Positions 18,236-26,480 of a DNA stretch of 43,401 nucleotides are shown here, piece by piece. Both the position numbers and the translations under genes were made by a program. The notes beneath the pieces were generated by a model. It made no database searches, was not told where the DNA came from, and saw only the letters and a list, made by a program, of their open reading frames with translations. The number at the start of each line of letters is the position of its first letter. The stretch's first letter is position 1. Source of the DNA: Fidelibacterota bacterium (GTDB lineage: Bacteria; Fidelibacterota; Marinisomatia; Marinisomatales; JABMOV01); contig JBHHUC010000012.1 in assembly GCA_046861395.1 (NCBI GenBank), positions 1 through 43,401 of the forward strand, written 5' to 3'.

Positions 18236-18261
18236 TACGGGGAAATGTGATCCAGGTTCCA
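18236..18261 (-). promoter_or_regulatory. Putative ECF-sigma promoter of the PDZ gene
   Basis: Minus strand TGGAAC-N16-CGTA, one mismatch to the B. subtilis sigmaW consensus TGAAAC-N16-CGTA; ends 26 nt before the ATG. Confidence 0.6.
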
Positions 18262-18368
18262 TGGCGAAATAAACGGATTGATACGAGGATAAATTCAATT
18301 AAATTAAATGACCTGAAAACAAATGTATATTTAGGGACACGGATATTAACTAAAAGGAGTTATACATC

Positions 18369-19439
18369 ATGAACCGTAAAACAATTCTTATTGCAATCGC
18401 CATCACGGGGATGATATTCAGTCAAAACCTCGAGGAGACATTGCAACAAATGGCCAAAGACAATGCCAAGGGTTACCTGGGACCGGCCGCCACGGCCTTT
18501 GGAATGGGGGTAAACAGTGGGACGTTTCATACTGCGAAACCCCATAAAATGCTAGGCTTTGATTTTAAACTCAATGTGGCAGCTACCACCATTTCCGATG
18601 TCGGTCAGACCTATACTTTTGCCCTGCCCAACACAGATATTACTTTCCCCCTCACTCTGGGTTCATTCGGTAGTTTCGATGTTTCTTTAAATCCGGATCA
18701 GATCTATGAGGCGGACCGCGAATCATCCACCTTGTTCGGTCCGGCGGAAACCCATGAAATTCAGGTAGATGAGATTTCCGCTACTGATGCCATTGCACAG
18801 CAGTTAGCCGCGGATCCCAACATGCCTCTGACGGCTGACGAAATCAAAAGCCAGTTTGGCAGCGATATTTCAGCAGCTCTGGATGATAATGTTCCTGCTC
18901 TGAGCACATTCAAGGGTTTTGATTTGCCGGCTTTTCCCATGGTCATGCCCCAGGTTTCCGTGGGTTTACCCATGAGCATTGAAGTCACGCTTCGTGGTTT
19001 CCCGGAAGCTGATATGGGCGATATGGGCAAGTTATCCTTTTATGGATTCGGCGGAAAAATCGGTTTGAACCAATTTATTCCAATTCCCAATATTGCTCTT
19101 CCGCGCATTGCGGTAGGTTATTACATAACCAATCTGAGCTTTGGGGATATTTTATCCGCCAACAACAGTATCATGACCCTGCAATTAAGTAAAAGCATCC
19201 CCTTCCTGACCGTCTATGGAGGTGTAGGACTGGAAAGTTCATCGATTGATGTCAGTTATGATTATGTGGACGAGTTAACGGATACTACCGTTCCGATTAA
19301 ATTTTCACTCGACGGGGAAAATTCATTCCGGACAATTGTTGGTGTTCGCCTGAAGCTGGCAATTATCAGCATCAATGCCGATTATAACGTGGGTGAATTC
19401 AATACTGCCAATATCGGTGTCGGTTTAACCTTGCGTTAA
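18369..19439 (+). CDS. Exported protein, probable outer-membrane beta-barrel (DUF6588-like)
   Basis: Signal peptide; amphipathic beta-strand pattern in the C-terminal half (LTVYGGVGLE, NIGVGLTLR); SD AAGGAG; own terminator. Confidence 0.7.
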   Translation: MNRKTILIAIAITGMIFSQNLEETLQQMAKDNAKGYLGPAATAFGMGVNSGTFHTAKPHKMLGFDFKLNVAATTISDVGQTYTFALPNTDITFPLTLGSFGSFDVSLNPDQIYEADRESSTLFGPAETHEIQVDEISATDAIAQQLAADPNMPLTADEIKSQFGSDISAALDDNVPALSTFKGFDLPAFPMVMPQVSVGLPMSIEVTLRGFPEADMGDMGKLSFYGFGGKIGLNQFIPIPNIALPRIAVGYYITNLSFGDILSANNSIMTLQLSKSIPFLTVYGGVGLESSSIDVSYDYVDELTDTTVPIKFSLDGENSFRTIVGVRLKLAIISINADYNVGEFNTANIGVGLTLR

Positions 19440-19461
19440 ACTCACCTCGTTTCCCGATTTT

Positions 19462-19489
19462 AAGCCCTCCGTCCCGGAGGGCTTTTTTT
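19462..19489 (+). terminator. Rho-independent terminator
   Basis: AAGCCCTCCG-TCC-CGGAGGGCTT followed by a T run, 22 nt after the stop at 19439. Confidence 0.9.
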
Positions 19490-22400
19490 ATAATCTTTTT
19501 GCCAGGACTACGGTTTTCATATCCTCCCAGGTTTTCCCGGTTACCGAATCAATCAGCTCAACCTTAATGATATAAATCGCCATGCGGCAGAGATGATTCC
19601 TGTCATCACGACCATCCCAGGTGATGATGGATTCCTGCGGCATGGCCCGGCGCCAGGCCAGGGTTCGTATCCGTCGTCCCAGAATATCATAACACTGCAC
19701 ATTGACCAACGGGCTGGCAAAGGGAGATTTGTACTGGATTGTAAGCTGATCATCGTGTCCGTCTCCATCGGGCGAAAAAGGATTGGGTGATAAAATGATG
19801 CGACCCGATTGAGGTATCGTATCAAAATAAACACTGTTTTGCTCGCCGGGGGTGGCTCCATCAGCGGTAACACAGACTGCCCAGCGCGAAGAATCATCAG
19901 ACGGATAATCGGGCCGAAATTTTTCCGTGGACCGCCCGACTTGGAGAGGCCAGTGTTTACCATATACCAGGGAGTCCACAATAAAACCAGTGGGATCGTG
20001 AATATATAGGGCACCGACGGCATTATTCAGAGCTGGCCAGCCATCATCAGGAACGATGAAAGGAATGCCGGGAAAAATATCACTGAAAGCCGAATCGCCG
20101 GTCAGGACGGGATAATTCATATCGGAAAAACCGACATCGGTAATATTATGGAGTGAAATCCGGTCCTTGCTGATGGCCCAGTTGGTGAGATCCAAATGAT
20201 CGGGATTATACCATTCCAAGAATTCAACCTGCTTCTCCCGGGGTGCCGGCAGGAATTCATTGCAGCGTATTGTACCGAACGGTTGGGAAACCATCACCGT
20301 GTCAAAAAGAATATTGTCACCGGGATAATCCTCACCTTCGACGAACAAATAACAGACAATTGGATTCAACCCGGAGGGCAGGGGTGGCAGGGATATTATA
20401 GTGACACAAGTATCCCGGGGTTCCAGGAGCGGGACGGCACCCACCGCAATTTCCTCATCCTTGTGCTCAACGGAGATAACGCCGGAAAAAGGTAGTCGGC
20501 CGACGTTGGTCGCCAGCACTGTCAACTGGAGAGAATCACCAGGCAACGGATACTCCGGGTTATGATATGTCGGCCCCAGCAGCCGACCGTTTTCATCCAG
20601 CAACGTGACGGAATTCGGTGTCCCTGGCGTCCCGTGTATTGCTTGACTGGAGCGCCAATGTTTGCTTTCCGGGGAAGGATAGGTGGGATAGACTTTCTCA
20701 CAACTGTATTCGGAAATAACAGGCCAAGAATCATCATAATGCAGGGAATCAATAGACAGACCGGTATGATCCAGGAGACGGATCCAGTCCCCGCCATTAT
20801 TCAGGGTTGGCAGGGATGGATCAATCAAAGCACGGGAGGGATCGGTCATATAGGACAGGATGAGAGTATCGGCGGCCACAATTCCATAGTTGCCCGGATA
20901 CAATTCATTTTCCGGAAAAGGTCGGGATGTCGAACGGGAATCGGCGATTCGCCAGCGGAATAAATTGACCGTATCGTTGGCGACCCATTCGATGAATTCG
21001 CTTTGGTCATTATTCGGTTGCGCCATGAATTCATTGAGCAAAACACTACTCTGTGCAAAGGAAATGGAAATGGTATCCTCTGCCTGGTTATTGGAAGGCT
21101 GATAGTCATCCTCGCAATCAACCATTGCCCGGAGCGAATGATAACCGCCGGGGTGTCCCAGGAGTTCTAACAGGCCATAGTGTTTGGCTCCCGGTGGGAG
21201 GTAAGCCGATAGACTGGTGTCTATTTGTTGATAATCGGTAATCATCCGAAGCGTATATCCGGCGATGGGATTTTGCCCTGTGTTTTTTACCAGCCAGCGG
21301 ATGTGAAAGGTCTGTCCCGCTCCGGGGAAAGGTGGAATTGTTGCCAGACTGTCACCAATGATTTCCAGATCGACCGGCCAGGGCATGACCGAATTACGAT
21401 ATCCGGCGGTCCTTCCCTCTGAATTTTCACAGAGAAACCAGTTCAGACTGTCGGCGGATGGCAAACCGGGCAGACGTTTTTCCATTGATATTCCGGCAGA
21501 AAGGTCCCAGTCTGAAGTATAGGAAACAGAATCGATTGTTGTTCCGAACGGGTCCATGAGACGGATCGCATCGCCGGAATTATTCAGAGCGGGCCAACCG
21601 GAGGGGATCACCAGCAAGGATGTGTCGGGCACGGGAAACAGGGAATCGGAAGTAAGCACCAGATACTGGTAAGGATGGACAATGATCAGTGGCAGCCGAT
21701 GTGCCGAACTACCGGCATCCTGGAAAGACCAGCGCCATAGATTGATTGACTGGTCGGACCGGCTTACAGTTTCCACAAACTCTACCTGACCGGAAAGCGG
21801 TGTAGCAAGAAATTCATTTAAAAGTAACAGGCCGGAAGGAAATCGGACATGGATGGTAACGGAATCCTGATTATCATCCAAGTCATCGTCATGATTCAGG
21901 ACAAGAACGACGGCAACAGAAAAGTAGCCGGCCGGTACCGCTGACAGGAGTTGGTGAATGGTTAATGTATCCAAGGGTTCTAGTCCCGTGAGATTCTGTT
22001 GGTCGATCAGGTCATTATCATGATAGAATTCCAGCGTTCCGGATACGGGCAGTAGTCCCACATTTGTCACTCTCAGGGCAATGTCAGTGCTTGTTCCCGG
22101 CGGTATGGTATCGGGAGAAACGAAGACGGAGCCTGGGATGATCCGGCCATTGGTCAGCAAGGGGGCCAGCGAATTGATAAAACCGGGCGTGCCCAGGCTA
22201 TCCAGACTGACACCCCAGTTTCCTATGACATTGGGTTCAGTGAGACGAATGCGTTCCAGAGAAAAGCCGTCGGGGGCCACGTCGGACCAACCTACCGATT
22301 CCCGAATAATCCCGTTCTCATCCCGTAAATAGAGGGAATCACTGCCGGACAAACCATTGCCGATACTGGCATCATCCACGTAGAACAATACGGTGTTTTC

Positions 22401-22697
22401 CGGGATCAACTGCCCATAAATACTGCTGTCAATATCGTGATCTCCTTCCAGAATCAAGGCATAGCTGTATCCTGGAATGACAAAGCCGAATATTGTGTCC
22501 ACTAAATCGTCAGTCGTATATTTATCCTGGATTTGCCACCCATCCAGAGAAACGGCATTAGGTGCGGCATTATACAGTTCCACGTATTCATTGGGGGAAT
22601 CGGTTCCCGGGAGATCGTACATGATCTCGGTGATCAGGACCTGGCAAAAACACCAGGATACAGTAAATAATGTAAATGTGAAATGACGAAACCACAT
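19488..22697 (-). CDS. Secreted protein with four lamin-tail-like domains, Ig/CARDB-like spacers and a C-terminal sorting-like domain
   Basis: Four repeats beginning ITEIMY/LNEFLA/LNEFMA/CNEFLP, containing (L)NN.GD.I.L.D and ending TPG..NS; C-terminal SPNPFSPDGDG...WDGRD. Confidence 0.8.
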   Translation of the reverse strand: MWFRHFTFTLFTVSWCFCQVLITEIMYDLPGTDSPNEYVELYNAAPNAVSLDGWQIQDKYTTDDLVDTIFGFVIPGYSYALILEGDHDIDSSIYGQLIPENTVLFYVDDASIGNGLSGSDSLYLRDENGIIRESVGWSDVAPDGFSLERIRLTEPNVIGNWGVSLDSLGTPGFINSLAPLLTNGRIIPGSVFVSPDTIPPGTSTDIALRVTNVGLLPVSGTLEFYHDNDLIDQQNLTGLEPLDTLTIHQLLSAVPAGYFSVAVVLVLNHDDDLDDNQDSVTIHVRFPSGLLLLNEFLATPLSGQVEFVETVSRSDQSINLWRWSFQDAGSSAHRLPLIIVHPYQYLVLTSDSLFPVPDTSLLVIPSGWPALNNSGDAIRLMDPFGTTIDSVSYTSDWDLSAGISMEKRLPGLPSADSLNWFLCENSEGRTAGYRNSVMPWPVDLEIIGDSLATIPPFPGAGQTFHIRWLVKNTGQNPIAGYTLRMITDYQQIDTSLSAYLPPGAKHYGLLELLGHPGGYHSLRAMVDCEDDYQPSNNQAEDTISISFAQSSVLLNEFMAQPNNDQSEFIEWVANDTVNLFRWRIADSRSTSRPFPENELYPGNYGIVAADTLILSYMTDPSRALIDPSLPTLNNGGDWIRLLDHTGLSIDSLHYDDSWPVISEYSCEKVYPTYPSPESKHWRSSQAIHGTPGTPNSVTLLDENGRLLGPTYHNPEYPLPGDSLQLTVLATNVGRLPFSGVISVEHKDEEIAVGAVPLLEPRDTCVTIISLPPLPSGLNPIVCYLFVEGEDYPGDNILFDTVMVSQPFGTIRCNEFLPAPREKQVEFLEWYNPDHLDLTNWAISKDRISLHNITDVGFSDMNYPVLTGDSAFSDIFPGIPFIVPDDGWPALNNAVGALYIHDPTGFIVDSLVYGKHWPLQVGRSTEKFRPDYPSDDSSRWAVCVTADGATPGEQNSVYFDTIPQSGRIILSPNPFSPDGDGHDDQLTIQYKSPFASPLVNVQCYDILGRRIRTLAWRRAMPQESIITWDGRDDRNHLCRMAIYIIKVELIDSVTGKTWEDMKTVVLAKRL

Positions 22698-22725
22698 TGT
22701 CGTTTATAATAATGAACGACTAAAC

Positions 22726-23145
22726 CTAATGCGATTTCAGGAAATTCTCAATTCTTTCTTTTAATTCATTTCTGGTTTCACGATAACGGGGTAGAAAGGC
22801 TTCTGCGTCATCCCAGCCATGAAATGGGTCTTCAATGCTCCAGTGAATCCGTTCCACCTGTCCCGGGAAAGTCGGACAGGCCCGCCGGGCATGGTCACAT
22901 ACGGTAATGACGATATCGATGTCCTGGTCCAGATAATCATCCATGAAATCGGAAGTGTGATGGGAAATGTCGATACCCCATTCATTCATGACAGCGATTG
23001 CCGCCGGGTGGACCCGGCTGGGATGTGAGCCGGCACTGTAGACCGTAAAACGATCGGCGGCCATGTCGGCCAGCAAACCGTGGGCCATTTGCGACCGGCA
23101 GGAATTACCGGTACAAATAAACAGTACTTTTTTCTTTTTCGGCAT
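22726..23145 (-). CDS. arsC: Arsenate reductase, thioredoxin-coupled LMW-PTP type
   Basis: CTGNSCRSQMA P-loop, TVCD...CP redox cysteines, HWSIEDP. Confidence 0.88.
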   Translation of the reverse strand: MPKKKKVLFICTGNSCRSQMAHGLLADMAADRFTVYSAGSHPSRVHPAAIAVMNEWGIDISHHTSDFMDDYLDQDIDIVITVCDHARRACPTFPGQVERIHWSIEDPFHGWDDAEAFLPRYRETRNELKERIENFLKSH

Positions 23146-23150
23146 AAAGG

Positions 23151-23179
23151 AAATTACGATCAGTTTGGGAATTGATAAA
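23151..23179 (-). promoter_or_regulatory. Putative leaderless promoter of arsC
   Basis: Minus strand TTTATC-N17-TAATTT, 5 nt before ATG 23145; no SD. Confidence 0.5.
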
Positions 23180-23250
23180 TGAATTCACGATTTTACGAAA
23201 AAAGAGGTTTGACCGCCTGTTGGCGGGTCTACGTTTAAGCAAATGTTTCC

Positions 23251-23830
23251 GGATGTTCACAAATGATATACAACCCTTACAGGGTTGATTGTATTTGGGT
23301 AAATTGATGGCTACAGACATGTAACCCCGCTGGGGTTGCAGGATTATCAACGAACAGATCAATATTCCCCACATCTGACAGGATGTATCTTTTGTTTAAA
23401 TTCTTGGCAAAAAATCTTTGTCGGTAAAAAACGATTCCGTAGGAAACGAATGTCTACATAATTGGATATTTCAATATTCCCAACGCCGTCAGGTTTTGCA
23501 TAATAAATGATGATTTGGATATTGCAATTGACATTCGACCTCTGCGAGGTTGGTGGTTTTGTCAATCTGACAGCTATAGACATTTTACCTCCCGCTTTTA
23601 GGCGGGATATCTACTTCGTTCCGACCTACAGGGTAATTTGATCATTAACCAACGGATAAGAAATCACCAATTATCTGACGGAATAAATATTTTGTTCGAA
23701 CCCGTCGATAATTCATCCTGCAAACAATAAACGATCCCGGGGGCTTACAGTCCCGTACCGCAGGTTGGGAGATCGAATATCCATAGAATTGAATATCCCA
23801 ACAATCCCAACGCCGTAGGTGTTGAATGAA
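23251..23830. repeat. Degenerate tandem array (2 units of ~264 bp) of REP-like hairpin doublets in alternating orientation
   Basis: Hairpins at 23271-23287, 23323-23337, 23432-23448, 23536-23552, 23808-23824; 23447-23501 aligns to 23774-23827 at 43 of 55 columns by manual count. Confidence 0.8.
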
Positions 23831-24001
23831 CAAAACCGAATTACGATAAAATGGGTAGAAAGAACGGTTTTAAACTGCAGCAAACATCCTCAAATTTCAT
23901 CATGCAAAATCTTTCCGCCGGCCAGCCTTTGAATCCATCAAAACAGACGTCACCTACCCGTCTGACGATGCTTGCCTTTCCGTCTAACGATGGTGCTCGG
24001 C

Positions 24002-24913
24002 ATGGATAACATCGGGTTGCAGGTCATGGATCTGTCCAAATCCTACGGCTCCTTTCGGGCCGTGGATCACATTTCCTTTACAGTACGGCAGGGGGATGTT
24101 TTTGGCTTCCTGGGGCCCAACGGCGCTGGGAAATCAACAACGATACGCATGATTTTATCTCTTATCCGGCCGGATTCCGGCGATATTCTGATTAATGGAT
24201 TTTCCGTTCTACGGGAACGGAACAAGGCATTACGGCACATGGGGGCCCTGGTGGAGGAACCGGCATTTTATAAGCATTTAAGTGCCAGGAAAAATCTGGA
24301 ATTACTGGCCCGAATGGAAGGTATACCGTTCACCCGTATTGATACCGTCCTAGACAACGTATCTCTGCTGGACCGGGCCGACGACAAGGTCAAGGCTTTT
24401 TCTCATGGAATGAAACAACGACTGGGCATTGCGCAAGCCTTGCTGAATAAACCGGAAATTCTGGTTCTGGACGAACCCACGTCCGGACTGGATCCGGAAC
24501 ACATGAAGGAGGTCCGGGATTTGATTCGGGATTTATCCGGGCAGGGTATGACGATTTTCCTTTCCTCTCACCTGCTGTATGAAGTGGAAAAAGTGTGTAC
24601 CTCTATGGCAATTGTCAATCATGGGAAATTGGTGATCACAGGATCCGTATCAGAATTACTGGGCGCCGAATCGGATATTAAATTGGAAATTGTGGCTGAT
24701 CCCGTGAATAAAGCACAGAAAGTTTTACAGGGATTAGAATTTGTCCGGGAAATCAGCACCACGGGGACAACGTTGTTCTGTACCACAACCAAACCTCATC
24801 TGCCGGCCATCAATGCAACGCTGGTTGACCGGGATATTGCCGTTATGTCTTTTAATCCCCGCACCTCCCTGGAGGATTATTACTTATCCATGACAGGAGA
24901 ACAGGAAAAATGA
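24002..24913 (+). CDS. ABC transporter ATP-binding protein (BcrA/DrrA-like exporter)
   Basis: [30 protein letters not shown]; start set to ATG 24002. Confidence 0.93.
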   Translation: MDNIGLQVMDLSKSYGSFRAVDHISFTVRQGDVFGFLGPNGAGKSTTIRMILSLIRPDSGDILINGFSVLRERNKALRHMGALVEEPAFYKHLSARKNLELLARMEGIPFTRIDTVLDNVSLLDRADDKVKAFSHGMKQRLGIAQALLNKPEILVLDEPTSGLDPEHMKEVRDLIRDLSGQGMTIFLSSHLLYEVEKVCTSMAIVNHGKLVITGSVSELLGAESDIKLEIVADPVNKAQKVLQGLEFVREISTTGTTLFCTTTKPHLPAINATLVDRDIAVMSFNPRTSLEDYYLSMTGEQEK

Positions 24914-25746
24914 TTTCCCTGGTATACAATGAAATTCAGAAAATCATGGGGAAATGGCGCTCTTCGCTGGGATTTATCTTGATTGGCCTTCTGATGCCCC
25001 TCATTATTTGGGGATTTTCCGTCGGCGGGGAAGAGTTTCAACGGGAGCAACTGGAAGGAATAAAAGATTCTTTTGTTATGGTCGGTTCCATCGTAAACGG
25101 CTTTCTGGTTACCTATTTTGTCATGAATTTTCTCTGGGTGCATATTCCTTTCCTCATCATGCTGGTATCGGGAGATATCGTAGCCGGCGAAGGTTCGGAA
25201 GGTACGTACCGTATTTACCTTACGAGGTCTGTTTCCCGCTATAAAATTATCTTGGCCAAATGGCTGGGAAACATGGTCTATATTCTGGCCTTGCTGTCCT
25301 TCGCTGCCCTCATGAGTCTGGGACTGGGCACCCTGTGGTTGGGTTCCGGGGATTTGATTGTCTTCCAGGACGGGATACTGGTTCTGCCGGCCGACATGGC
25401 CATCATGCGCTTTGCCTTGTCCTTCTTTTTCGTTCTCTTGGCCATGGGAACGATCAGTACACTCTGTTTCTTATTTTCGACCTTCGTAAACAACGGTATC
25501 GGACCCCTGGTGGGTGCCATGTCAGTGTTGATCATTGGTCTGGCGGTGGCCAACATTCCTCTTTCCTTTTTCGAAACCCTACGTCCCTGGCTTTTCACTT
25601 CGTATTTGGATGTGTGGAAGAAGGCCTTTTTCGATCCCATTCCCTGGGGTGGTATTATAAGGGATGTCTTGGTTCTGGCCGGTCATATGGCCCTGTTTCT
25701 TGGCATTGCCATCGTTCATTTCAGTCGCAAGGACATTTTGACATGA
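24910..25746 (+). CDS. ABC-2 type transporter permease
   Basis: About six TM helices; GDIVAGEGSEGT...SRYKIILAKW; C-terminal FSRKDILT; ATGA overlap with the ATPase gene. Confidence 0.9.
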   Translation: MISLVYNEIQKIMGKWRSSLGFILIGLLMPLIIWGFSVGGEEFQREQLEGIKDSFVMVGSIVNGFLVTYFVMNFLWVHIPFLIMLVSGDIVAGEGSEGTYRIYLTRSVSRYKIILAKWLGNMVYILALLSFAALMSLGLGTLWLGSGDLIVFQDGILVLPADMAIMRFALSFFFVLLAMGTISTLCFLFSTFVNNGIGPLVGAMSVLIIGLAVANIPLSFFETLRPWLFTSYLDVWKKAFFDPIPWGGIIRDVLVLAGHMALFLGIAIVHFSRKDILT

Positions 25747-26459
25747 GAACACACCTTTTTCTTTTCCTTCCATTCCTTTTGTTGTGGGGCCAGGAAATTC
25801 CAGACCAGGAAACGCTGCTGGAAAATATCCTTTCGCATTATCAGAAGATTGAGGATTATTCTGTTCGTGTGACCATGTCCGTCACGATGCCAAAATTCCG
25901 GATGCCCCGAAAAAAGATAGATATATATTATAAGAATCCGGGAAAGATTAAGATTGAATCAGATGGTTTTGCTATCGTACCCAAAGCCGGTATCACCATG
26001 TCACCGGATGCGTTTTTATCACACCTGGATGCCATGGACATTACCGAGGATCCGAAAGGCGGCGTTTTGATTAGGGGCCAGACGGCAACGGACTCCCTAT
26101 CCGGGTTCATTCCCGGAAATAATAAAACGGCCGAATCCTCACGTGTCACGTTGATCCTGCATGTTAACCGTGAACACTGGTATATCGATCGGGTATCCGC
26201 CAACCTGGATTCGGTCACGATTTTTCAGATAGAATCGGAATACGAAGAAGTCACCGATGGAATATGGATGCCAATAAAAACTAACATGGTTATCAGAATG
26301 CCGTCCGATATGCAGTCCAATATTCCGGACCACGCAGTCGAGGATATGGGTCTGGAAGACAAACCCTTTGAAGGGAATATTATAATTCGTTATTCCCGTT
26401 ATAAAATCAATAAAGGTATTAAAGATTCATTTTTTAATGAAGCTGACGCCATGTTTTAA
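25743..26459 (+). CDS. Periplasmic LolA-like / lipoprotein-sorting fold protein
   Basis: ATG 25743 overlaps the permease stop (ATGA); signal peptide; IEDYSV, IYYKNPGKIKIE and C-terminal YKINKGIKDSFF pattern typical of LolA-fold proteins. Confidence 0.7.
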   Translation: MRTHLFLFLPFLLLWGQEIPDQETLLENILSHYQKIEDYSVRVTMSVTMPKFRMPRKKIDIYYKNPGKIKIESDGFAIVPKAGITMSPDAFLSHLDAMDITEDPKGGVLIRGQTATDSLSGFIPGNNKTAESSRVTLILHVNREHWYIDRVSANLDSVTIFQIESEYEEVTDGIWMPIKTNMVIRMPSDMQSNIPDHAVEDMGLEDKPFEGNIIIRYSRYKINKGIKDSFFNEADAMF

Positions 26460-26480
26460 CCTAGTTCAATCCTGCCCCCA

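Noticed and set aside
23251..23830. CRISPR array
   Set aside because: Repeats are degenerate and alternate in orientation, the spacers are homologous to each other, and no cas genes are present.
23105..23833. Short minus-strand ORFs (89, 74 and 62 aa) across the repeat region
   Set aside because: No recognisable motifs; they run through the hairpin array and one overlaps arsC; mismatches between repeat copies show no codon periodicity.
25260..25742. 161-aa N-terminal extension of the LolA-like ORF
   Set aside because: It overlaps the permease in another frame; ATG 25743 gives a signal peptide and ATGA coupling.
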